A stretch of 64,000 nt of DNA from Balanoglossus misakiensis (Eukaryota > Animalia > Hemichordata): contig CM082581.2 in NCBI GenBank assembly GCA_040954595.2, positions 12,460,286-12,524,285 on the forward strand, in the 5' to 3' direction. The stretch's first letter is position 1; every line of letters begins with the position of its first letter. The notes under the pieces were generated by a model. The model was given only the letters and a program-made list of their open reading frames with translations, did no database searches and was not told where the DNA came from. This document shows positions 47,835 to 60,673 of the stretch, one piece after another. The translations under genes and the position numbers were made by a program.

Positions 47835-50800
47835 GAGTGTGTTGTGAACCCACCTTCATTATTACAGAGTTTAAATATTCAATATTTGTTCATATTATTG
47901 TATCATGTTGTGTGAAATTGACAAATGGGAGAAATTAACTTTGTACGCCATAGGATATTTCTTGATACAATTTCAGACTGGACGTATTTATGTTGCCAAA
48001 CTCGAGACTTCGCCATATCACTATTCAAATATTGATACGAGATAGGATGAAAAAGGTACTAAATGTTTGTGTTTACTTTCAACTTAACTACCTGTTTGCG
48101 TTGTACAGATTACAGCTATTTTATTATTATTATTTTAAAGATGAAATAAAGTTGCTGTATTTAGGAACATTAGATTTAAAAGTATTGAACGCCCGAATCA
48201 TGTAATCACCGTTATGTAACTTCGTCGACTCTTGAATTCAAGCGCCGTCTCTTGGACGAATCCGATTCATCATGTATCTGTCGCTTCAAAATCTTCATTC
48301 GGCCCAGCCCCCTCCCATCTCCCTCTCTCCGAGGCTCTCGACAGAACATGAACATTTTCTCTTTGTAGAACTGAAATTACACAATTTTTTTTGTCCTAAA
48401 TGGAGTCTACAGTCGTTTTATTCGACAAGGATATTAAAATCGAAATCTGAGTCGGTGATTTCGCGGCGGATTACCATGAAACGTTTGAAGCAATTTACGG
48501 GAAAAGGCGATGGCAAAAAAGGAGCTGTGTATGCCTATGCCTGCTCCAATAGATAATAGGATGCACCCAATTTGATCTGGCGGAGACACCAATCCCACAC
48601 AGACAATCCGGGCGCCAGGTTGTCGGTGTACTTCCGAGCAGAATAAAACACTCATCTAAATTCTTTTCAAGCGATTTCAAATGGCCACAAATGTATTAAG
48701 CGTCTAAGCAGATCATTACTACTCGTTGGCATTGTTCGGTTTATCGAAGAGTGTTTTCAATGGAGATTTTTGCGCCAATGCCGGTATCGTGGGCCACAAT
48801 GTAAGGGCTTAACTTGACTTAACTTCGTAGGTAAACACTTTCTCTCCCCCCCCCCCTCCCCAAAAGAGAAGAAAAGTGGCCAACATAAAAGACATGGATC
48901 GTGTTGTACATGCCTGATGTTGTTCCGAATCCCCTTGTCGAATGGGATCGAATTCAACAAAACTTGTCGGCGTTAGAAGTTCTCTTTGTCGCTGAAAGAT
49001 GGGGCGGGAGAATCTTGCTCTAAAGGCGAGACGCGGCTGCGAGGGAGGAGTCCACAAGGTCCGTGTGAATAATTATGAAAAAGAAAATGACCGATGAATA
49101 ATTACACCATCAGCGCAACCCAGCCCGCATGTCCGTTCCCGGCGAAGATTTCGTAACTGGACTTGAATATCGGCAGTGGAAGCAACTATAACGCAATTTG
49201 TGTTTTCTTAACTCATTACCGTCGCCGACGTGTCCTTCAAAGAATCGGATTATTACTGTTCAAGATACCATGGCAATTTAATCAAAGTCTCTGGCAGTAG
49301 ACTCCTTTCGTCTTGCTCGGAAATTAACTTGAGATGGCCGCGCCGCCATGGTAGATAATTGATGTGATATTTATCACATATTAAATCGACTCCTGCGCAC
49401 TTAAAATTTGATCGATATGGCTAGCTCAAGAAATGATAGAGACAGTCAGGCTGCGGATTTTTTTTTCTGAATGGAAGGTGATGAATGTCACGGGGAAGGA
49501 AAGTTTTAACAAGGTATTAACGAACTCTAATATGATGATTCAGTTTAGCCTCCGTTCGTTCGAATAAACCGCTTTCCACATATTGCATAAAAATACTAGC
49601 CAGGATTAACCACTTGTAATTTTGCAAGAAGAGTCGGTCCTATCTTCTTGTAGTTTTTCGTTTTCCACGTGATCTTCAGAACTGTCCGTTCTTAATCGTG
49701 AACGGTTGGCTGCATGGAATTACACTGTCACACTTCAACGACATACCGAACAAGAGTGAATGCAAACAACCCTACACGCTATTATATCCAAAATAGCTAA
49801 TGATGGAGACATTTTATCTGTCTTTCATGTCCACTTGGAAGTGCAGCAGACCACTTCAGAATACGTGATGATTTAAAGAAGAATCAGTTTACCTATTCAG
49901 CGTAAAATAACACACTCTGACGTAATTACTCAGTAAACACAGACTAAAGCACTTCTTGAAATTTTCAGAATATCGGCCATTGACTGAAATATTGGCGTCG
50001 ACGTGTAGATGGAAATATTGCACTACGCGGAAATGGTGTCTCGCTTAGTGTGTCATAACAAATTTCTGGCTGTACTTCCTTGAATTCCCGAGTATATGCC
50101 CCTAAATTGCATGGTAGCCAAAATTTCCCATCCTCGTTCCAGGTCATTAATTTATACGTTCAATTATGTATGCGACTGGCCTGCTTAGAAATATACTCTC
50201 ACGCATCCCCTCAGAGGTTAATGTCTGATACCACTTTCGCCGTCATATTTTTGTTCTTTCAGATGATTTCGTTGTCGCCGGTACGGTCTAGATAGGCGTG
50301 AAATTTCGCGCCGTTTAGCAGCCTTTCAGTCGTTTTGACGAACTGGCGCCAATATTCTAGTCTGCAAACACTTTATTCCCCAGGCCTCGCTCCCTAATAA
50401 TATAACAACTTTTTTTAATTTGGATATTGAAAGTTTAATATTCCGCAGTCGAACGAAATAAATTGCATTTCTTGTATAGTGGCGACATTTTGTGGTCGAT
50501 CGAGCGACACACCGCAGCGCAAAGTATCGTTTTCCACGAACGAGATCCTATGAAAGAGAAATACATGTACGACTGACTGAGGGATCTCAAAAAAACGCCC
50601 GCAATTTGATATGAGGGCGTTGCTTTTCTGTGGCCCGACTTGACGCAGTCAAGGCACAATCCCCAGGAGAATACGACGGTGTCAATACATGTTAGAATCG
50701 GATTATTAATTCTGCTTGACTTCAGCGGAAAAATCCGGCCCCATTAAATTGAGGAGCTGCCTTCTCAGCAGACGGTTTAACCCAATATCTCAAGTGCGGC

Positions 50801-52615
50801 AAAGAGTGAGCAGATCAGAATCTAGGCGAGAATGCACGATGTAATAGTGCTGTCAGACAAGACCCGCAAGACGTAATGGAATTTTCCGAATCGGTTGACC
50901 CAGTACCGCAGGAATCTTGGTAAAGTGGTCCTCTGTGGAAACATTAAGAGTACTCAAGATAAACTGATTAAATAAAATTTTCCGCATCAATTCTCGCTTA
51001 TTTCTCGGTCCTACTCAGCGACGCGGCATTCTCGCCCTCTTCTCGGCTGGTTTTCTGCTTCAAAGAGCCTCAACAACGCGTGCGCAGCGCCGCCGCCTGA
51101 CTGCGACGGAGAATACTGGGGTAAACGCTACAGCGTCACGCTGCCGGCAAACCGGATTGCTGTCAGAGCGCATACACACGGAGGTCGGGATAATCTCTCA
51201 CCGGCGTCTTGCCCAACTGCCTGAGAAATTTCTCTGGGGATCGTCGCATTGAATAGAAAAGGGATTTACAAATGAGCTGTTTCTTTTTACTCTGTCTCCC
51301 TCTCAGAAGTGTCACCCGTCATTGTATGGACGGGGAGGAAAACATGAAACTTAAAAAGAAGACGCTTGTGAAAATATCAAATATTGTCTCGCTGCAGGGA
51401 ATAGCTCAGTTATTCTTAACACGCGTGTCGCACCATTCTCCTGCGGTGCGTTACGCTGAACGCCGGCAAACCGGCAGGACACATACCGCAAACACCGGGA
51501 GGTGACCAATGCGAGAAATCACCGTAGACGTTGAAATCGTTTAATAAAATGTAACATTTTAAAATGTGAAAACATTCCTGAGAATCTCTGGGGTGCATAA
51601 AACATAATTCACACGAGTGAATGACGTTTAGATTAAAACTGTAAATGTATTAATGACAGACTGATCATAAACAAAGTTAAAACTTATTCCAAAGCAGCGA
51701 CTGAGCAGATACTTCCATATGTACGAGGATTCAGTATTAACCATGAATACGTCGCTCTTAAACACCATCTTTATCAATATCTAAGGGCGTGTGCGATAAA
51801 TAATAGTTTCAAAGGAAGACGTAGTTTTCGTCATTCTGAAACCACAGACCGGTAATCGACAGAGGGCGATCTTCCACCGGAAGTCTCTCGAGGTAAACCT
51901 GTATGTCACTTAAAGTTCGGAAGACAAAGGAGATAGCGAGGTATTTAACGCCGAGGCAAAAGACACCGCGGGTCACCAGATTAATTTTCCGCCAAGAATG
52001 ATTTAAAATCGACATGGTCCGCACGGCAGCAACTCTGGATCAATCATACGCGTTGCCCTGACAACACGTAATATGCTATAAAACATCGGGTCACTGACCT
52101 TCTTACGTAGTCATATCCATCAGCGTTAAAACGACTGGCTTAATTCTCAAATGACAAAAATAAAAGCTTTGGGGGATTCAGGGGCTCTCTGCATCATTAT
52201 GTGGCTGTCTGTAAAATAGTTAAATTAAATCAAACCAATATATTCAATCATTCAATTCTTAATGCCCTACGATAACGAATATTCATTCGCCACTGGAGCT
52301 ACATCTTTGAGACTGGAGAACGGTGTCATTAAAATAGATTATTGTAGACTAAAATAGACTCCTTTCAAATGTAGTCTTACTGTTGTTCCTATTTTGATAA
52401 TATGTCAAAATTCTCCAGGCACAGATTATTTGGCGCTCAGCAGAGCTCTACTCTGTTTCGAGCAGCCAATAAATGGAACTACTTTTTCAGGACCAATCAG
52501 TGTATTGTAAATGACGCCCTCCCACTGGCAATCTCAAACTCTGCCAGTGTGTTATCCGATTTAATACTGCTACTGGTGTCATCATCGGTCCTTTCCCGAG
52601 TGACACCCCCTGTTT

Positions 52616-55600
52616 CTATGGCTTCTCGTCGTCACCTTTGACCCCGTTCACGAGCGAGGCTCGGTCTTCTCTTCCAGTCTTGGTTTCGAGATATGTCACG
52701 ATATCTGCGTTATTAAAGCGTTTTGCGTCATCCAACGGAGTGAAACCCCACCTGACGGTAAATGAAACAGAATATTTAAATTCATGCGCGATTCGAAAGC
52801 CGGCATACCATTTTGAATAAGAAAGTTTACTATAGTTGCGGCGTAGGTGGCGCAGCTTAGCTTACCTGTCAAGAGGAGAGGGGTCAATGTTGCATCTTTC
52901 GACGAGGAACCTCACTACTCCAATGTGACCTGTAAGCGTGTGAAAAAATGCATAGAGTCAATTTACGAACCAGTTGTGAAGTATGCTTCTGTATCCTAGA
53001 CAACGAAGCAAGTGCTCTATTTATGACAAGACAGAATGCGTCAGTGGCACAGTGACTCACCCTCAGCGGCCCCCAAGTGTAGTGCCGTTCGACCGTCATA
53101 GTCTGCCTGTCCCATATCTACTCCTTGCATGGCGTACCTACAGAATAATAATAATAGATAGACCGAGAGTGAGTGAGTGAGTGAGCGAGTGAGTGTGCAG
53201 AGAGAGAGAGATAGACAGAGAGAGACAGACAGATAGAGAAGGGAGGGAGCAAGTGTGTGGAGTCAGATCTGTTTGCAAAGATGAGTCTCCCATGCATTAC
53301 CTTCGTATTGCAGTGACGTCACCACTTGCTGCACTGAACAGCAAACTGACAACTTCTCGTCCCTGTCAAAAGACGAACAGACATCGCATATATTAAAGAA
53401 ACTAAAGAGTCTATGTATTTTTGGTGAAACTGGGTAAGAGTAAGAAGAAACAAATCGGACTCACTTTAACGTCAGATCTCCTCCGTCGCGGATCGAGCTT
53501 CTTAGAGGTGTGATGTTTCAGGTTGTCATAATTATGAAAATTAAACTTATCAACCAGTTCCTGCAAACAGAAAACCCAAACTTTATAGGTACTCTCACAC
53601 CAGACTTTTACTCTCTGTGGTGATGCATTGGTTCCTGACTGACCAAATCCAATAAAACTAATGGAATGGTTGAAAATAATTTGCTGTTACACACCGTACA
53701 AAACTGCACTCCTCTGCAGCTGTTACCAAGGTGATCCAAAGCCGGCGACCAAACCATGATACCGCACACGTTTGGTACCACCAATAAGATGGCACCGGAT
53801 ACACCCGATTTTGCTGGTAATCCGACCTTGGGGAAGTAATATTAAAGTGTGAAAATCGCTGTTATTGGTGCAACGTTTTACGATGATGGAACATGCAGTT
53901 ATCGATGGTGGTGGTGGTAGATTAACTGCTCTTACAAGATAAGAAAAAAATTACCGTGAAAGCGAAGTGCCCAGAGTAATCATACATGCCACAAGAGTGC
54001 ATCAACGACAATGTATTGCGAACGGAGTCCGAGTTCAAGATTCGCTCTCCGGTGGTAGGACAAATCCCGCCGTTGGCTATGGTCGCCGCCATCACTGAGC
54101 CTGATTCACAGGTCACTTCTATAGAACAAAGCTGACGACAAAAAGACAAAGAAAACTGTGATCACAAACAGCATCGCTCTGTTGCTTTCATTCACTCTAT
54201 TGCCGACTTTTGCTCACAATTATGCCTTATGCAGTGAAATAAATGCTCACTCGTACATTTGGCCCTTCTTAAGTTATTTTCCATGGATCTAAAGTTTGTC
54301 CGTCTTAAGATTTCAAAATAATACACAGCACACGTACCTGGAAGTATAGTTCCAGCGTATCCTGAAGAACAGCACCGGGTGGAAAGCAGTTATTTTCCCT
54401 CATGTAGTAGGCCAGGGCGAAATTGCGATCGGCCGTATCCCTTTCTGATAGATATCTAGAATTGTCAGAATCAGCACGATCAGATCTGAAGTTGAACGAA
54501 CTGCGTGATTATTTGCATAGAGGGCGTGGTGAACTGACCCGCAGCAAACGTGATAGGCTTACGTAATTTTGAGCGACCCACAGCGCCGGGAAGGTATAAT
54601 CTTATTGGTTACGACTTTTACCCACCTGTTGTCCGAATTCGCAGAATAATCTAACAAAGTACAAAGAAATGAAGTAGACACACACAGCCTTGCGAGACTC
54701 TTGCGCCATTTTGGGGAAGATCGTTGAAGTGTAATGCTATACCATTTTTGCACTCCAAACTTTGTCGAGAGACTTCCATTATTGTAATATCCAATAAAGG
54801 AATTATAAACGTTCACGAACAAAACAAGAAGTTGTCGCACTTACGTAGCGTTACTGAATCCAACAAATTCGCCACCGGCCAATCGCTGGTAGTGATTCAT
54901 TATCTATCAATGGAAATGCGCAAATTGTAAAATGGCGACGGTACGCATAAAACGATCTCAAGCCGTTCACTGTTAAAAGCTTGCCCTAAATAATTGTGCC
55001 CTTTGGCTCTACAACATCACGAAAACCCATTATTTCGCTCATAAACACACTGCCATGTGTACAGAACCACGGTCCCTCCTGTGTGGAGAGACTCGACCGT
55101 GGTTGGACTTATCTACAATTGGGGATGCACTTACATAATCGAATCTGTCGGCTGGAGACAAGTTTGGTTTGGTCATACTTGCCATCAGTATTCCGCCCGC
55201 GTTGATCATGGGATTGTGAGGTTTCTCTAGAGATGGGAGAAAGGAAGGTCGAGGTAAGAAGATATATAGCAAGGATAATGAATGGTGGCGAAGACCCTCT
55301 TGGAAAGAATAAAGCCCAGTGGACGGAAAAAACTAAAGACCATTTGTTGTCTGGAATTAATAATTGAGTTATAAGAAGATGCAATAAAGTAATAATTATG
55401 GTGGGTGAACGTTTGCCCTTACTTGTGTGATCTAGAGAAAGTTCATTAAAACTTCTTCCGCTCGGTTCCTGTCCGATGTATTTATGCACGTACTCCGAAC
55501 CCATCTCCGTCGTTCCAATGGCGTACATCAGGGCCTTGCTACAAGACTGAAGGCAAAATGGAACGTTGGTGTCGCCGACTGCATATCTGCAAAATAGATT

Positions 55601-58600
55601 AAAGAATGCCATAATTTCAGCAAATGAAAAGAAAAAGAAAAGAGATGCCTGTTGCCGACTCACTGACAGCAAACTAACAAGCAAAGGCATAATCTGTACC
55701 TTACTTTCCGTGTTACCACTCACACCAACGCTTACACAAAGATGGAGTCCTTACTAGAATGTTGTATTAATCAAATGAATCTCGACACCATGCACCTGCT
55801 TCACTGACCTTTGACCGTCGACGGAGCAGACGGCAACTCCCCAGTACTCAGAGCTGAATCTTGACAATTGAGGGATGTAGTTGGCAACCTGTGAGGGCGA
55901 GAACGACAGGTGATCAAACATGAGCTGAAATCTACAGAACAGCAACTAGTATATTGATTTAGCCAGTGCGAATAATATATTACTGAACCAATTTAAATAT
56001 AAATACGAGTGTCAGGAAATATTGTTTCCTTCTCAATCCAATATTTTCAAAATCTTCCCAGGACACATAAAACTGATGCGGACCATACTCACCTTACCTC
56101 CCGTGTTACTTTTGGCACTCGTGTACAACTCTTTGATGGTAGAACAGAAAAACTGCCATTCAGGAACTGCAAATTTATTTGTCAGGGCGCGACCAATCAG
56201 GACAATATTCTCGGAAACACATCTGGTTGCATAAAATGTACGAAACAAAGCGAATAGCCAATATCGAGTATCTTCCGAATGTATTATATTATTTCAATGA
56301 GGGGTCATGTATCTCGAAAAAATAATTAGAAATCATAGAGAGCGGTTTGAAAATTTTGTACCACACAACGTACTTTTTAAACTCTTTCCTGTCTATGGTA
56401 TCTTCTCTCTCTAGGGCTGCGTGCAAATGCCTCATACATTCCGCAAGTCTTGGATCGTCCTGTCGCAGTCCAGTTTCCTCGAGTGCCTGAACGAGGATAT
56501 AAAAAAGCATCGGTTGGAAATGTAAAATGGCGAAGAGAGTTTGCACCTGCGCACACTGTACTGTTTTAGCACTGACTTTGACTGTGAATCACATGAGCTC
56601 GTGTGCTGTAATCTGTCTCGCTATGTACTCAGTGCATTAAAAGCACAAAGTGCAAAGACAGAGAAACTATGCAGCTAGCACACTGGCGTCTATGTCGTAA
56701 CACAGGTTTGACTGTATTATCAAAACTTCTTGTTACCTGAATAAACCCTGCCACTGACAGACGACCTGATGTGACGTCATAGTATCCGTTAAAGATGGAA
56801 TCTTCATAGGAGTCACCCAATGCAGATGGGCCAGTCCTATAATTAAATAATACGCAATTTGTACACAGCCAGAACATGCGTACATGTATGCAGGAATGAC
56901 CGGATTGTAGTCGTACCTACAACCCCAAACCAAATACATGCAGTACATTACAGTACAATAGAGTACAGTACAGTACAGTTCAGTACAGTACAGTACAGAA
57001 TGGTCATCTTTAATATTTCGTCTGCCAAGGTTCAAACAAAAATATGACATAGCCTTATTTACATATTACATAGTTGGCTCTTTTATTTCAATGAAATTTT
57101 GAATTTAATGTCACATGCAATGAAATCAATATGGCACAGTTGCATTATACTAGTGCTGCTGTCGCTGGGCAACCGGAACTTACCAAAGCCCCCTATAGTC
57201 ACACACGGGGCGCAACGCCGCCATTTTGGATAAGGTTCAATGAATGGGTTGACGTATCAGGCTCCATTTGGGTCCAACTTTTTCACAAATGACCCCAGAC
57301 CTCGGAAAATGGGAAGTTCAGGCCTGGCTCGATGTTCGTACGACCATGCCTGTTGCACGGAGGAACTGAGCGTGCGCATGTAGCCCTACATGTAAATTTG
57401 AGTTGTGGGGTGAAGGACACTGTGTCATAGTTCAGAGAGTGGGTGTGAATCCTCGCATGAAACGTTTACCTGTCCTGTAGATCCCCCGCGATACCATGGA
57501 ATATGCAATACATTGGCTGCATGCGTGAACTTAAAATTCGAGATCCCACTGCTTCACTTTTTACGTGTATCATGGCATTCAAAAGTTCGAACAACTCTCT
57601 AGTGAAACTTGCCCCATCAGCTGAGGGGCGAAGTTCACTAGATCGAAACCTATAAGATTATCTCAAGTGTGATAACAACGTCAACGCACGGTGGATGCAC
57701 ACATAAACTGGTGACGTGTTTTAAAACGATGTTACTTTTGATTACGTAACTGTATTCCGTTTAAATGCGTTGGCTTACCCCCATAATTGCCAAGCGAACT
57801 ATTGATTAAAACCGTGGACAGTTATATACGCAAATACATGTATGTGTGTTTTACAGGCACTCGGTGCCCCAGACGAAAATTCACATTAGGCCTAGTCGAT
57901 CACGGGGAGGGACTGAGTTGTCTGTTTATCGACAACTACGGACTCAGACGGAGAAATGTAAGCGACCATTTCACGATCGGATTAAGGCACAGTCGTTGAA
58001 AATAACGCAAGTGGTTTCAAGGACATTTCAATGACCACAACAAAGTGACCTACAAATGCAAAACTGGACTGGTCACAACGTTCTGGTTCCATTCATTTAT
58101 CAATTCAAATCCAACAGAGGCTTGCAAAGGGGCAGATGAGAGGCGTTGGCGCTACATTGGCAGATGATTGGCAGTTGGAAGGTGCTTAGCCCTCTCACGT
58201 GACCGCGGAAAATAACATGTTAGGGGTCATTGGCTGGGGATTAGCCGAGGGATGGCTGCCAGGTTTCAAACGATCATTTTGAAAAATTACATTTTCCACC
58301 GAATTCAGATCGTTCGACTTTAAATTTATGAACGTCAAACGTCTGCCTGAGGGGTACCCCTGGTAACGACACCACTTCCAGAAGATTATCAAAACGGGCG
58401 GGGTATGGGTATATCATCCTATAGCCTCGTTATATTTTACTTCAGAATCATACAACCAAATACTTTATAAATCAAAAATTGCCAGTATGGTGTTCGTAGC
58501 GTAGAATTTAAAACCATGACAGCAATGCCGTGGTCTTCCGTGGAAGAATAATTCTAAGGGGGCGTATCAGGGTACCGGGTATATATTAATTATCTGTAAG

Positions 58601-59224
58601 TATTTTTTAACTAAAAGGTTTTGATATTAAAGTTAATACCGGTTTCCAGTGGTAATACAAAAGAGCAAATGTAATATTATACAAGTAAACATGTTAGAAA
58701 TGTTAGAAATGTAATGCAACAACGCCATCATGACAGCGCTACAGGATATGTTCTTGTGTTTGTTGTGTGGAGATAAAAGTATTTATAAAGTTGTTCCGAC
58801 ACTTCAACTCTAACCTACTTATTTGCTCGATCATGTTTTGAACCAACGTTTTATCGATTGCAAGTGTATCACAGTACTTGACTATATTTCGCCCTAAAGA
58901 ATAAATAAAAGTAAGTACGTGACCGTAAAAATTCCACATCATTGTATTCAAAACATCCTTTCAGGGTTTAGCACGGGACAATAAAAGAAGGATGCTCACA
59001 GCTGTGTGTACTAATACGTACGGTTCTATGTCGTCTTCTTGCTCCAGCCAATCGGTCGGTGAGTGGCCGCCGCTCGCCGTTCTGACTCTGTTGTGTCGTC
59101 TCACCCGAGGGTCTTTCGGGGCGCTGTCATCAAACGGCCTCCCGTGAGATTTCATTTTAAAGGTCCTGGTCAACCGGTCGCTGCCGGCACCGGCGTCTTT
59201 GATCCCTGAGAAGGTGTCAGCCAT
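52616..59224 (-). CDS. GLS: Glutaminase (KGA-type with C-terminal ankyrin repeats), ~600 aa; exons 59224-59022, 56836-56737, 56486-56374, 56222-56093, 55888-55809, 55586-55423, 55226-55135, 54903-54845, 54455-54338, 54131-53955, 53826-53695, 53560-53465, 53362-53301, 53137-53061, 52929-52866, 52751-52616
   Basis: Motifs [18 protein letters not shown] (catalytic SxxK), [44 protein letters not shown] and ankyrin [16 protein letters not shown]. Phases are consistent (1803 nt). Confidence 0.95.
56941..56997. repeat. Imperfect (CAGTA)n pentanucleotide repeat in GLS intron 1
   Basis: Directly visible. Confidence 0.8.
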
Positions 59225-60345
59225 GATAGCACCGAGCGGCAGTCGCTTTAATGAATTGTTAATATAATAGGGTCCTGGGAGTAGGGCACAGTTTGTCACC
59301 GGCGCGGCGTTGGCATGAATCTATCCGATCACCGGTGTAGTTCACTGCTTTCGATCACTCCATACACAGTTCAGATAGAAGTACCTCGAACCATCATACG
59401 AAGCTAGTACACTGTGACATATGCCGGGGCATTGTACGGTGTCTCAGTAGGCCCGCTGTTACGAGTTGACAGACTTCAGATGAATAACATTAAATTGAGT
59501 ATCAATACTCTTTAAAAGGTCGTCGAGTTTGCGCATATGCTCATTGTTACAGACAAGGTTGGCCGTTGGTTGTAGGCGAATAAAGCGTTATTCGTCACTA
59601 GTTCCCGGCTTAAGTCAAGCTATACCCACATCTTCCCAAAACATAAAATAATATTAATAAATAATAATTTTAATAATGCATATTAAATAATATTTTAAGT
59701 GTCGAAGTAAAGGTATAAACCAAAGATTTTCTTCATAATCTATGCTCAAGAATGATACAGTACAGTCACAGAATTGCGTAATGTTGGTGTTTGCACAAAT
59801 GGTGACGATTAATGCCTGTGATGTCTTCATGATCTATGGAAACGGTTGATTCTTATTGTGTTTTGGGGGAATGTTTTGGTGCACGGGGTTGGTTTTGTAA
59901 GGGAATGTCCCAGTCGTGGCCAACAATAACTGTGGTATTGGGTGACTGTGGGCGGGATAAAATCAACACCATTTTGGGAATCGCGGTGTGAAATATCAGG
60001 ACGAGAAATGCTAGAATTCCAATGATTGAGGGCGCAAGAAGACTGGCGGTATACATTGCTTTTATTGTCATCCTCTATTGCCTTTGTAAACGCGACCGAG
60101 GCTGTAATTATCTCGGAGAGAGCATTATCTACGGCATATATTCGCGATTCCATTTTTGATTTATTGAAGAATAATGCAATACATAATATATGTTCTATGT
60201 CGTCCAAGAACAATACATATATGGTTCTATGCATGGTGTTGACTTGAAAGGCGAGTCTACCTTATGTCCACTGCATATCTGATTCGTATTGAAGCATGAG
60301 CTGACCACGGAATAATGCCCGGATGGAAGGTGGAAAACCGTCCAT

Positions 60346-60357
60346 CGTTACGTAACG
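60346..60357. promoter_or_regulatory. PAR-bZIP/NFIL3-type palindrome in the GLS-GS intergenic region
   Basis: Perfect 12-bp palindrome CGTTACGTAACG containing the RTTAYGTAAY consensus. Confidence 0.55.
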
Positions 60358-60559
60358 CTACGTGAATAACAATTGCTTTTCACTTTCATCAGCAGACTGA
60401 CTCGTGCAGCGGGCATGCGTGCTTAATTTTTTGCTCCAGTGCCGCATGGCATTTGCCTGACAACGGAGTCAAATTTGCATCCACATCTTGTCTATGAATG
60501 AGAGTGTCTGTTACGTATGCGCATCATCTCATTAGCGTGGAGCGTGATAGCGACGTGGT

Positions 60560-60673
60560 GAACTTGGTGATATTCCCGGGAAACCCCGCTTCTGGTTTCA
60601 TTTAGCTCGTGGAAGTAGAAGGAGACGCATTGTCTTTCAACCTCCACTTATCCGAAGACGTTCTTTCCTACAG
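60560..60673 (+). other. Probable non-coding first exon of glutamine synthetase (start approximate)
   Basis: Strong donor CAG|GTAAGC at 60673 and acceptor TACAG| at 61291 just before the ATG. No in-frame upstream ATG. Confidence 0.55.
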
